A DNA stretch of 62,738 nt, filler included, from Ionaspis alba (GCA_964255285.1; 8 parts of 8 records of this genome joined end to end with filler, not necessarily neighbours in it); one strand, 5' to 3'. Positions 47,192 to 59,877 are shown, counted from the whole stretch's first letter. The notes: a model not told the origin generated them from the letters alone. Translations and numbers: made by a program.

Positions 47192-50100
47192 CCGGTAACC
47201 CCACCCCAACCGGCTCCTGAAACTCATTCGCAATCGGCGTAAAAAGTAACTTCATATCAAGCGTAAGATGATCAACGCCATAACTCTCGTCAATATCGCC
47301 GACCGCACCCAATTCCTGCCCCATCTGGCGTCCACTCTCTGCCATAACATGCCTAATCCTCTTAATAACACCCATCACATACTGGAACCTCTCTTCGGGC
47401 GGCGTCTGCCAATCCACAGGGACTTTAATATTACTGCGGTTCATGTACGCCGCTAACCAATAGAAGTGGATGCCATCGCGGCAAAAGCCGATGCGGGGCG
47501 TTTCGGGGGGGTATTGGAGGGGGATATCCATGTCCCAGATTCTTTTCCACTTGGCGAAAGCGTTGTGGGCGGCTTTGAGGACTTGGTGAGTTATGGGGGA
47601 TTGGGTTCCGGAGGAGGTGGTGGTGTCGGTGGGTGTTGCTTGGCCGCTGTTGCTGGTGCTTGTGCGGGCGCTGGTGTCGACGCGTGAGGTCCAGTCGTTG
47701 GGGGAGAGGGTTCCGGTGCCGAGGAGATTGAATTCGTGCAGGCCGAAGAGGGTGTTTCCTTGGGCTACTTGGCGTTGGAGGTTCCAGAGGTGAACATGCA
47801 GGCCGTGGATTAGGATGAATTTTGAGTAGGCGTTGGTTGACCGCGGCTTGAATTCGGAAGTAGAGTTTATCAATGCCACCATCGCTTTGTGCATTTCTGG
47901 TTGCTTGTTACGTCGACTTCCAGTGACGTTCGTTAGTTGAGCCTTGGGACCACGCAGTCCCAAAGCGATAGCACAGGTCTCGGCATCGGGTGCTTCCCAA
48001 GCAGCGTCGTCAGCCGGCAGAGGTAGCTTGGGTTCGAATGGGTCGAATCTAGGCTGGCAATTGAAGTAGATGACCAGAGCAGCGTCGAGCAAGAGGAAAG
48101 CATAGAAGAGTCGAGATCGCTTCTCTTGCTCCACCCAGCCCGACCAATTCCATGTTTCCCCGGTTGCTTGCTCCTGCGCAGGATGCGGTTGGTGGAACAT
48201 ACTATAAGACGGGCTGCCCTTCGGACCGGGTTCCAACAAACGAAGATGCCGGGCAAGTTTAGCATACTCGACAAATTCTTCCCGTGAGACCTGCTGTTGT
48301 TCCGGACTGCCATGCCAGATGGAGATTGTCAACAAGAGGATCATAGCCTGAACTTGCTGATACCCAAGCGTACCCTTCAGATCAAGGTATTGCGAGCTCA
48401 ATGAATTTTCGTGGAAGCTTGCAAAGAGGTGTGACTCGATCTGAAGAGCATCCTTGACAATCCTCATCAAATCTCGTGTCTGCTCGAGGGTGGTTCGATT
48501 GGAGTAAACGGCACCGATGCATATCATCACCATGACCAGGCCATCATAGTGCTCGATAGGATCAAAGGTTGGCAAATGGATTACGGGCCAATGACCTTGG
48601 AAGTTGAGAAATTGACCCAAAAAGTGCTCAAGATTATCAGCCGTCAAGCAGGAATGAATCAATTGTCCATCTGGGTGCTCGAGGGGATGATTGTTGGGGC
48701 CAAGACAAAATTTGATCAGTCGTTCGGCTTTCGTCTGATATGAATGGGTCTGAGGATGTGGTGTCCACTGCTGTTGGGTAGTCGTATGATTGGACGGTAA
48801 CTCGAATATGCTGCCGAATTGATAGTCTTGGTGTTCTGGTACAGTCTCGTATGGCAATTTCGAGTTTGCAGCTTCTGGTTTGACGTTCAGCACATCGACA
48901 TGCCCGTTTGACGACAAAAGCGCGTTCGAGTAGCCGTTCGTTACAGCTGGCTGGATAGATGCCCAGTCAAAGGAATTACTCGACAGATTCGAACTGCCAT
49001 TGAGTTGCGGTAAGCTACTTCGATTGGATGCGAACGAAGCCGGAGAGAAGGGTTGAGACAGCGAATCTGCATCAGGAGTCATTTGATGTGGTGCGGCGAC
49101 AGGAAAGAAGTTGTCCGAATGTCTTTCTCTTTTCGGATTAAAGGGTGTCGAGACGGCACTTGCTGGCATCGAGATGGTGCCGGTCTGTTGAGATGGATAC
49201 ACAAAGCTACCACGATTGAAGACTGGAGGCATCGGTCCTGTCATACTCCGCTTATCTCGAACAAGGACGCCATTACTATTTCGCTTTAGACTGGTGGCCC
49301 GAGATACTGGGGTCGAAGCAGCTTGAAAGTCGTTGTCAAAGCCGTCAATGCCAAGACCCATGTGATTTGTATCAATGGGGGAAGGTGACCTCGTTGGTAA
49401 AGCGCTTTCGGCGATGTCTGGCTGTTCCAGATCGGGTCCTGTTTTCTTTCCCGCTTGTTTCTTGAGACCAGATGAGGAGTGTGATAAATGGGTGGCGCCA
49501 GTCGGGTTCCCTCGTCGAATCGAGCACTTTTGAAAATGTCTCTTGAGTATGTCGCTTCGAGAGAAGGTGTCGCTACATAAGAAGCATGTGTAAGGACGGT
49601 CACCAGTATCTACGAGTTATTAGCATGTCAAAGCTATGATAGATCGACTACAATACTTACGACGTAGAAGATGCCTCTTCAGATGCTTGGCGTGTAAATA
49701 GGTCTTATTGCAATGCGGACAAGGAAATTTGCCATCGGAATCCTTCACTGGCGCAACCGCAGCTTTCGTTGCGACGGCCCCATTGTTGGTAAGAGCAGCA
49801 GGTCGGCCTTCAGCACTAGGTAGTATACCTCGACGCCCTTGCGAGCCAACCACATGTATTCGTTCTAGAGGATCGTTTTCTGGAGCATGAATAGTAGAAG
49901 CTAATGATCGCGATGAAGCGTAGGAGGTGGATGAGGCAGGCTGAGTCACACCACCGGCTGGCATGGGACGAAGGTCTGCTAGACGTCCTTGGCCTGACTG
50001 GATGTTATGGTTCTGATTGAAGCCGTATGGACTCGTAATCCGACTGTCGTATGATGCATTATTCGAGAGTTGTTGTAGTCCTTGCGGGTAGGTAGGTTGA

Positions 50101-50372
50101 AAGCTGGTTTGATGGTTTTGGCCTTGCAATGCTGCATTGCTAAAAAGGCTCGTATTGGTAGGATAGGCAGGTTGCGGATGCCGCGCTGGCGACGGATGAT
50201 TGAAGAAGTCATGAGTGAAAGTAAAGGCAGTTCGCTGGGGAACGAGTGGTGGCAAGGTGTTTGAACCTTGGTGGGGGTTTTGCGAATATCGAGCTTGGAG
50301 GTTTGGAAGACCTGCGTACGCCTGAGAATTCTCTGTTGGGTATATAGTACCAGTGCTGAAGTGCGAGTCCAT
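47192..50372 (-). CDS. C2H2 zinc-finger transcription factor with fungal-specific TF middle homology domain (RfeC-like), extreme 3' end truncated
   Basis: FPCPHCNKTYLHAKHLKRHLLRH spliced to TGDRPYTCFLCSDTFSRSDILKRHFQKC, in frame with the 741-aa ORF carrying FQGHWPVIHLPTF, EKRSRLFYAFLLLDAAL and LPLPADDAAWEA. Confidence 0.9.
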
Positions 50373-51366
50373 CACAAGATAGGCAAACGATGGAACAAGG
50401 ATGCAAGGTCAATCAAATCTTCTTCATGAAAGGTCTCGTCTTGTGTTCCGGGGGTAAAGTACACGGTCGACGTCCTTTTGCGTCGCCTAGTAGATCAGAT
50501 GTCGATGCCGATGTCGATGAATGGATAACTGGCCTCGTTCGTTTACTCGAGGTTTCTATGCTCGATGATATCCCGACGACTGCAAGAGAAAAAAAAAGGT
50601 TCGGATAGCCCGATTTGGCACCCCAACACTCCGCGATCGCACGACTGTGGCGAGTGTGTCACCAACGACGACCAGCGTCAGACACACGGCCTGGTGAAAG
50701 CAGTTGTAAACGCCAGGACGGTTGCTGCTATTTAGACTCGCACGGGATCGATGATGATGGCGATGGTTACTGCAGAAAGGTGGAGACTGTGAAGAACGCG
50801 GCTCCTCTGGAATTGTTTAATTGAGGGATGTCATCCACTAAGACGACGGCAAGGTGGATCGGATTGCGTGCAGCTTCAGAGCCGGCTGGCGGGCGGCCCA
50901 GCGTCACAAAACCAGGAACAGGTGGGAGTGGAGCGCCCGGGTGGGGTCTAAAGACTCGTGGAAGCTTCTTCGAAGGATTTCCGTTACACAGCGGACTTAG
51001 CCTGACGCAGCTGTTTTCTTCTGACTTTGATGGACGCGGTAAACAGACTTGTTAACTCTGTCTCGTCTCCAAGATGATTAGGATAGACAGCAGGATGGCA
51101 AGATGTTGTGAAGAAGGAAGTTTTCTTGTTGGGAAAAGAGAAAATCCTCGAGAGCGCACGCAATACGTGGGAGAGAGCGCGAAGGTCGGCAATTCTTCCT
51201 CCCACTCTTCCCCGATGACGAATCATTCAGTGGCTACGGGCTATTTTTTATCGCCATCACAGTGAAATGCCGGCTGAAGGGGGAAAATCGGCGGAATCCG
51301 AAGGATCATCCTCCAACCAATCAATTTGTCACGCATGTGTGATATTATTCTTCTCCAACTTTCTAC

Positions 51367-52689
51367 TCATTCTGCCTCTTTAGTGAGAAGCGAGAGCAGA
51401 CTCTTCTCCCAAGGCAGGTCCGCAACATCTCGTCCTATAATGACTATCTTCCCGTAATCAAGGTCTGCAGCTGCTTTGTTTGCTCCCACAGTAAGGTCTG
51501 TGATCTCAAATACTTCTCGGACCCCCTGTACCATTTTTACCAAGCCCGAATCGAGAGGTAGACGACCTTTCAATCGATGAACCTCGAATGAAGCATCCTG
51601 CTTGGATGTTTCGACTCGTCCTGGGAGAGGAAGATAGGAATCCCACAAGACCTTTCTCAACCAACTGTCTACCTGCTTGAGCTGGTTGTCTGAGAGCCCC
51701 GGAACTGTGATACTTATGGTTGCAATAGTCTAATGCATGCCATTAGGTTTGCTGATCTCCAAACTCATCTGTACGTGTGAGAAATTATCTCACCGGATCA
51801 AGATGACTGTGCACATTCTTCGCCGTCTCCAACGATCCGATCTTGTCATAAGCATGAAGATCGAGCACCACTCCCTCGAGTCTCGGTACCTGGCCGTATT
51901 GAGTCACAAGGACAGTAGCCAGACTATTGATAGCTTCGATTCTCTTTTGGACCTCTTCTAGTTGCGGCAAAGACACCGCATCGCTCTTATTAAGCAGAAT
52001 AATATCCGCATGAGAAATCTGTGAATGGGCAGTCGTCACATGTGGTCCAGCCGCATGAGACAAGCCATCGTTGGACTTTACCACCTCTGTTGGGTTTTCT
52101 TCTAGGCTTCGTAGAATGTTCTTAGCATCAATGAGCGTGACGATCCCGTCTAGATATATGGTACTTCCGAGTCCATCGTCTACCCAGAAGAGCGGAGCAA
52201 TGTTTCCAGGGTCGGCTAGACCGGACGTTTCAAGTAAGATGTAGTCGAAGGCTCCACGACGGTCCATAAGAGATTCTATGGCATTGACTCCCGAGTCTCT
52301 GGTCAAGNNNNNNNNNNNNNNNNNNNNNNNNNNNNNNNNNNNNNNNNNNNNNNNNNNNNNNNNNNNNNNNNNNNNNNNNNNNNNNNNNNNNNNNNNNNNN
52401 NNNNNNNTTTTCCATATTCGGCATGAGTGATGACAAGCCATTCAATATCACCGCAATTTTCTTGCCGTGCTGTTCTTTCAATATATAGTTCAACAGCGTA
52501 GTCTTTCCAGCTCCTAGGTAGCCTGAAGCACATTCAGTTGGGTTTAAGAGACTCCTCAACCGAGACAGATCTACCCGTAACAATGGTAATAGGGACTTTA
52601 ATTTTCTCTGGATCTAGCGGCCGTTCTTGTATTATAGAAGTCTTTGCAGTCTCTACTAAAGTTGGCGCCTCCTCCTCATCTATATCCAT
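51367..52689 (-). CDS. ZNG1: COG0523/CobW G3E GTPase zinc metallochaperone (Zng1), interrupted by an N gap
   Basis: [22 protein letters not shown]...[28 protein letters not shown], and CobW_C LRKVLW...VHRLKG...VQGVREVFE...KIVIIGR. The exon with the CxCC motif falls in the gap. Confidence 0.9.
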
Positions 52690-53010
52690 TTTTGATATCC
52701 AATGTTGAATGTCGTGTTCGGCATGGAGAACAACACACAAATGCTCTTCGTCAACTTTGGTAGATTGGTAGAGACGAGATCTGAAATTGATTGTTAGGGT
52801 TTGCCTATCACAAAGAAGCGCTAGTTCCTTCTCGGCATGAATCGGTTTAATGAAAGAGCGAGCCGAGCTGCGACCTGCAGAGCTTCTCGAGCTTCCACCA
52901 ATGCCAATGCTTTTGGTCTAAACAATCCACCCCTCGTCGCAAACAAATCGTCCTTGAGCAAATCTCTTCCCTCCTATCGACAAACTATCTGCCACTATCC
53001 TCGCCCGACT

Positions 53011-54502
53011 ATGACGTCTGTCCTAGGGCCACCACCAGGGAGCATGTCTCCTTCGAGCTCTCCTCGACTACCCTCTCCTCCTCCCTTCCCTGAAGTTCAG
53101 ATTGGCCCAAAATCACCTGTACCAGGGGCAATCACTGGATCGTCCATTCAAGACCTCGATGAGTCCTCCATGCTTGATAATGGTGCGACTCGGAGGATCA
53201 GACCAGGAACTAAAGCCGCCGATATGGCTTCGGGACCTCCATTAATACCACTCTCTGAGGTATGATCCATCCCATTGCTCTAGTTTGAGATCATGTTGCT
53301 AAGATGAAGTTTCACAGCTCGACTCAGCCTTCCAATTACAAGAACATCTCAAAGCACTCTACTTCAATGCTACCAAATCAGAACAAAACAACACCACCAT
53401 ACCCATAACTCGCGAGACAGCATTGATGCTCGCCACACCTCCCGAAAACGTCGACCGCTCGCTATGGCTCTACGAGTTGTGCCGCTTCCTCGTCCAAAAA
53501 GTAAACAATCTGATCGTTGGCTTCTTCTCCGACGCGCCTCCTTGTTCTGCGCTCAACTGTCCCGAAATGCGAGCCTCAGAATGGCAGTACCTCTGCGCTG
53601 TGCACGATCCACCAAAGTCTTGCTGTGCAATTGATTACTGCTGCCACACTCTCGACTGGGCGGCAAATATCCTCACCTCGCAGAAGCATTTCCCAAGTCG
53701 GCTAACCCTCGGAAGTGATGCCTCTGGCGGCGGTCAGCAAAGTGTACGGCACCTCACCAATGTTTTTCGACGCGTATATCGCATGTTTGCACATGCATGG
53801 TTCCAGCATCGTGATGTATTTTGGGCTGTGGAGAGTCACGAGGGGCTATACATCTTCTACAAGACCGTCTGTGACGTCTACAACCTCATTCCCGAAGACA
53901 ACTACACCGTTCCAAAAGAGGCAGAAGGAACGGAAGGCGATGAAGACCATTCCCGACGTGAGGAGCCGAGCGAGCGCATCCCGTTCAATCCAAGCATGAG
54001 ACACCCCGGTGTCATGGATGACGACAAGGAAGTGTCAACGCCGATCGAGGAAGGAGACGATATCACTACGATTAGTACTGGAGCCACTACTAGAAGACAC
54101 AAGCACACACCGTCCATCGGGTCCTTTGTCACGACCATAGCCGAAGGCGATGAGGAGAATGAAGAGCCGAAAATCGAGGGTATTAAGCGCACTGAGACTA
54201 TGCAGAAGGTCGGGTCTCCAGCGCGAGAGTCCTCGAGCCCGCCTCTTCCACCGACGCCGGGTTCTAGCACTGAACAGTCCACGGGAAGTTCGACGCAGGA
54301 GTCGGGACGAAGTAGCGAGTCTGCTGGAGAGGAAGGTAGGAATGAAATAAGGAGCGACGAAAGTATCAAGAAGGAAAGGCCCGAGGACGAAGAGAACCAT
54401 AAAATTTTGATAGAGGATTCGCATACCACAGACTTGAGAGATTCCGGGAAAGACGAGATTGCGGAAGTGAAGGAACCAGAGCCGAAAGAGGCAGCCTCTT
54501 GA
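53011..54502 (+). CDS. MOB3: Mob3/phocein, STRIPAK complex subunit
   Basis: RRIRPGTKAADMASGPPLIPL spliced to LDSAFQLQEHL, then LWLYELCRFL, CPEMRASEWQYLCAVHDPPKSCCAIDYCCHTLDWA, HFPSRL, VFRRVYRMFAHAWFQH. Confidence 0.93.
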
Positions 54503-54768
54503 GAATTGTATCATACCAGGTTACTCTGTGCTTTGCATTTACACGATACCCTAACAGCGTTTCTATTACTTTGGGACTCCATGGCATAATATATGTGTAC
54601 GTAGGAGGTATCAATAGTTTTCGCCGAGAATAGAGAAGGTACGGCATTATCTTCAATCAACTTGTACCACTTACTTTTTCCTAAGCTACACTACGAACCT
54701 CAATTGCTCTGATGGTCACTTGTGCGTAGAACAGAGGTTTCGGATCAAAACAACTCATTGACCACATC

Positions 54769-54919
54769 ATGGCAGAAACTGCACAGGTGAATCTATCAAA
54801 CGCCACGCTAATTTCCCCACCAAAAGCCCCAAGCATGCCAAAACCAGCACCCCTATTTCTCCGACCCTCCCTCAGCCATGCCTTCACTACCTCCCTGCCC
54901 CTGGCCCGCCTTCCTTCCC
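54769..54919 (+). CDS. Possible 5' fragment of an unidentified gene
   Basis: ATG-initiated frame open to the scaffold edge (MAETAQ...MPKPAPLFLRPSLSHAFTTSLPLARLPS, presequence-like). Too short to identify. Confidence 0.25.
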
Positions 54920-55019
54920 NNNNNNNNNNNNNNNNNNNNNNNNNNNNNNNNNNNNNNNNNNNNTTAATTAATTAANNNNNNNNNNNNNNNNNNNNNNNNN
55001 NNNNNNNNNNNNNNNNNNN

Positions 55020-55599
55020 CTAGGATGCTTGAATCTTTTCGTACTCTCGTTCCCTAGTGCTTCGAGCTCTTCGTCTTCGAGGATACGGACCCCCTCGAAT
55101 TCATTAGGATGGGAAGCAATCAAGCCATTCAGAGACTCATATTCAGTAGGATGATGAGCGACGAGAGCAGCAGTTTTGAAAAGGCGCATGAACTTGGTCA
55201 ATTCTTTCTCTTTGACGAATTCTTCAACTTCTTCCAGGACCTCCTGGCGATTGAGAAGTGCCAGTGGATTTGGGAAGCTAATGTTGGTATTCAGTAAAAC
55301 GAATCCATAGCTTACATGATCTTTTGGTGCATACCTGGTTTGTTCATCCTGGCTATTGGTGGATGGTGGAGCTAATTCGTCCGATGTCCTATAGGGCAGA
55401 TTTCAGCATACCCTAATCCGGGTTCAAGAAACTTTGTTCAGAGCAAGCAATTGACGAACCGTGCATTCGATCTGACTGCTATTAGTTCGACATCTTGGTC
55501 CTTACTATCATTGTCTTGTAAGTAATTGTTTTGATATTATTGCCGACGCCATGAGACTCCTTACCGGCTCTCGGCCGACGGCCCCGCCAAGTCCGGCAT
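55020..55599 (-). CDS. MFS sugar/polyol porter, 5' fragment
   Basis: Four exons splice in frame: MPDLAGPSAESR / KDQDVELIAVRSNAR / TSDELAPP...EQTS / FPNPLALLNRQEVLEEVEEFVKEKELTKFMRLFKTAALVAHHP...ELEALGNESTKRFKHP. This resembles the NPL...GALVA...W/FxxP cytosolic leader of a fungal sugar-porter subfamily. The TM core lies beyond the edge. Confidence 0.65.
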
Positions 55600-56172
55600 A
55601 ATCAACACTCAAGGTATGATTATTTCTTCAGCTCTTTATTCGACACGCTGGGGAACAAGGCAAGAAAGAAAGACTGGACAACGCAGTCTCTTTTTCTCTG
55701 GCGCAGATTGCCTTTTCATGCGGCAAATCCTAAAGGATGAAGAGAAGGAATCTCTGCGACTGGTGAAGGAGGCTTCAGCCTCACTATTACTTATGCGATA
55801 GAGGCGGAGCCAGATTGTGCAACGGCTGCAACCACGAGATCTTGGCCAGCTTGGCTTTACCGCTCTCGTGAGTGGAGCAGCACCCTGTTCCTCTTCCTGT
55901 AGCCCCCAAAATCCCCCCAATGTCCCCCAGCATCCCCTCACTCTGCAGTCGTATTTGTCGGTCAAAGTTAGGCAATATAAGGCGAAGTGCATCAGCCCGA
56001 AACCACCACTCAACCCTGGTCTAATTACGGCATCGAGATTCTAGTGACGCAGCATCAGCCGTGAGGAGAAGCAATTTCATGATTGCGAAGGCATCAATCA
56101 TTCAAATCCACAGCAACATCTCCATGCGCCGCCATCTACCACGCAACTGCGATCGCAGGATCTCTGCCAAGC

Positions 56173-57397
56173 ATGAGCTTCGGCTTCAGTCCTACTGATG
56201 TCGCCAAAGTCGTCGAGTTCGCGGCACAGGTGTACAAGACCTACAAAGCATCACCACGCGAGTTCCAGGCCCTTTCCGATGAGGTGCAAGCCCTGCAGTC
56301 TATACTCGAGCAAGTCGAAGAGGCTTTCAAGAAGATCGACTTCGCCGTGGATCATAAGACGGTTCTCAAGAAACGCATCCGTGCTTCCCAGACCCTGCTG
56401 GAGGAGTTGAATGATTTTGTTACGAAATACGATAGCCTGGCCGGTTCTTCACAGCGGAAATGGGATCGCTTGAGGTGGAGCTCTGGCACCGCTGAGAAAT
56501 TTCGCAATCGTATCATCGCCAATGTATCCCTCCTTACTTCGTCTTATATCATCATCGTGAGGTTTGTTTTCGGCTCTCTTTTACTTTGCCCTGTCATTTG
56601 CTGATGCGCGAACTAGTACAACGAAGCAAGAAACGAGGAACGAACTCCGAATCATTGCGCTCCATCAGAGCAACAATACAGGCTTCCACGGTACTTATCA
56701 GACGGAACAACTCCTCGGTGGTACACAACCTTTAGCTATAACTAGCGGTAGACAGCCTCTGGCCATAACGGGACCGGAAAGCGATGGGGACCTGAATCAG
56801 ATTGTCCAAGATTGGGAAGGTGCTGGTGTACCGCCTAGGGTTATCGAAACGCTCGCAAGAGAGCCGTCTACACGAATCAGACAGGTGCTCGCGGAGCAGG
56901 TATTGGACAGTGACGGACCCCAAGTCGAGGAGATAGAACAGGTCGGAGACAATGATGTTCTTTCCTGCAGTCCAAAAACTTCGCCGCCCATCAAATTCAG
57001 CGAATCTCCTCCCCCATCAGCGAATTGTCCCGCGAAAAAGAGAAGGACTTCGTTCTTCACCGGACTTGGTCAATCTGGCACCAGCCTGGACGTTGGATTC
57101 GGGGGAGCGGCGCCAAATATGCGGAGGGCTAAGAGCACGGGTAGTGAAAGTACATCGATTAGCAGAACAGATTCCAACTCGACGAACGACTCTAAGAGGA
57201 GAAAATCACGGCCTTCATTCTCGATAGCGTCTCTAGGCAAGTCGGCGCCCAGCATCTCGCATGAGCATTCTCCTTTCAAGGGCGGGACTTTGTCGTCGGC
57301 CAGTACCATGTATAGCAGCCATACGGGAACCTCCAGCCGCCGACGGGACTCAGAACAAACTACTAGCTCGGGAGGCACGCTACCACGATCGGCTTGA
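56173..57397 (+). CDS. HeLo-like/SesA-type N-terminal helical domain protein with Ser-rich disordered tail
   Basis: MSFGFSPTDVAKVVEFAAQVYKTYKASPREFQALSDEVQALQSILEQ...LLEELNDFVTKYDSL...KWDRLRW is typical of fungal STAND N-terminal effector domains. Intron 56562-56616 joins it in frame to the 56564-57397 ORF. Confidence 0.75.
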
Positions 57398-59877
57398 TCG
57401 TTCATCTTTTGTGCATATTTGACTTCCTACTGGGAAGATATTTGATCAAATAGGGGCTTACTCTACCAAAAGTTGGCTCCGGATTTTGCTTGTCGATGGA
57501 TTCTATGGATATGATACATCTCAGTAATTTAGCAAGGCGTCTGGGAATTGCGAGGACTCGCTCTTCCCGGAGATGCACATTGGAAGGAGAAGATATGGGA
57601 ATCTTCATGGGTTTATGTCTACTACGACCAGTTTATAAGGGATCTCACGAAAGGGAAGGCAAGGCTGATCTATTGGGCAAATGCCCGTTGGTATTCGGTC
57701 TTGCAATCAGTCCGTCAGGGCAAGAATGAGTAGGAGTAGCTTGATTTGGTTTCGGTCGATGGTTTACGGCCGGCGTGTAATTATACCCCTTTCGTTGTCA
57801 ACGATCGTTGATGAAGAGAAGATCTGTCCATAGTGATTGTCTCTACTGAAGAGGCACGAGGAAGAATAATCAGTCTTTATAAGTACCCGAGAGCACGTTC
57901 GTACAGTACAGAGATCGTGAATGACGTGATCACCTTTCTCCCAGAAAATCGCCCAAGAGTTCGTAAAGTTGTATCCCCAAATACACTCGTGTTACAACAC
58001 AACCTTACGAGAATCGGACACAGATTTCTGGAGATCGTTGCATCGCTACACAAAAATGCACAATGACATAGATGATAACTGCCTAGACCTCCAAACCTAC
58101 GGACCACAACACTACCAGCACTGCTGGCATCTCCTCTCGCTTTTCCATCCTTCGACAGGAGCGCAAACAAAAGGTGCTCCTCAAACCTGCAGCATACGTT
58201 AGAGATTGACGCCCTTCCCACTGCATGGCACCTCCTGTTGGCCGTTCTCTCCTGCGAGGAAGGTGCCATCTGCTGAGTCTCATTGGTCAGCCCCAAAACA
58301 GCGGCGATTGGAAACTCTACCGCCCTTGGTGGAGAAGCGAGAAAAGAGTAACCGCAGGACCGGGATTGGCACTCAGGGAAGTTCGAACCCGGATGGGAGG
58401 TTGGGTATGACTCCCACCTGCAGGTCAGCCTTTGCAGTTTCGAGCACTACGCTACTGATGAAACGAAGGGGGAATTTTCTTGGAGGAAGGGTTCGGTGTT
58501 TTTATGGATTGTAGTGTACACGAGAGTACAATGGATATGGGTCCATTGACTATGACCAGACAAGAGAAGAGGAGGGAAAGATAATGAGATAGTGATGTTA
58601 GTTGCACTTCTTTTCCAGCTCATAAACGACAACTGCCGCTCGACCAATGGGACGCTTGATCTATCACTTTGGCACTGATATCCGAAGTTAGGGGTAATAC
58701 TCTCTGTCTACTGTCGTCGAAGTCAACCTCCCCAGAAATAGGCACAAGCGGCTGCAAACCCACATGAATTGTCTCCAAACCAATTACTACGAGATCAAAT
58801 AGTCAACAGTAATGCAGAAGCCATAGCTATTATGACTTCCAAGCCGTAGAAGCATCTATTCTAGGACATCTTCCCCGTCGGCAAAGCACGAGGAGATTGC
58901 TTCCTCGCTACCAAGAACCCGCCAAAGCCCGATCCACTGCCAAAGCACCCCAGTATCATTTCATCATGGTCCAGATTTGCTTTGCCGGGCTTCGACTACC
59001 CTCTCCCAAGGGCAAGGTAATCATCTACAGCAGAGCCCTAAGGTAGCCCGCTCGTCATCATCAGCTCGGGCGAGCCTATCTGAGGCCCGTGTGTGAACAA
59101 TAATCATCCCCCCTTCCCGTGCTGGTGCTGGAAAGCAGGAACACCCACCACAACCACCACCACTATTCGTGCCGTCTTGCTACCCACTCTCCGCTCTCCG
59201 GTTCAGCTGGGCAACGGCCGGCCAGCTCCTGCGAATCAATTATCCCTATTTGGATCGACCTCTGAATTCTTGAGTTCGTTCTACTCTAACTCTCTTGCTC
59301 CCTTTTCCCCCCACTACGGCCCGAAATAAGCCAACCTCCTACTGCCCTGCTTAAATCTCTGGTACATGCAGGAGAGACATCAATCTTGCATCTGCGGCTA
59401 TCTCGACCACGGAAAAAGGTCTCATTTCTTTGGGAATGACAGATTGAAATCCTGGTACGTGCGTTGTGTCTGAGAAGAAGCGGCGGCTCCCACGTTTAGA
59501 CTGTCTAGTCCACGTTGAAGTGTGGAATTCTCTTTGGCTGATTCTGTGCTCCTTTTCTACTTCTAGGAAATCTTTTCGACTTGGATTGTATCTATTCGTC
59601 TGACTCCGAAGACCGTTAGCCTAGTATCTTTCGACATGTGTGCATAAGGATACCTCTATTGCAATTGATCCCCAATGAAATTCTCCTAATCGGCGTTACG
59701 ACTTCTACGGCCTTTTATGAGTCCATTGACCAATAATTTCTATTGCATACTTCAACTCAATCTATTCATACCTTCAGTGCTTGTGCAGCTGTACAGTATT
59801 CAGACTCTACGACAACTTCTTGTAGTCAAATCCTGAAGATTGGCTGGCTGTCAGATACCATTCTTGCCAAAATTGCT

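Noticed and set aside
18030..52689. UreD plus a CobW/G3E GTPase (and GSH1) as a metal-handling or urease cluster
   Set aside because: They sit on different scaffolds separated by artificial spacers. Each is an ordinary fungal housekeeping gene.
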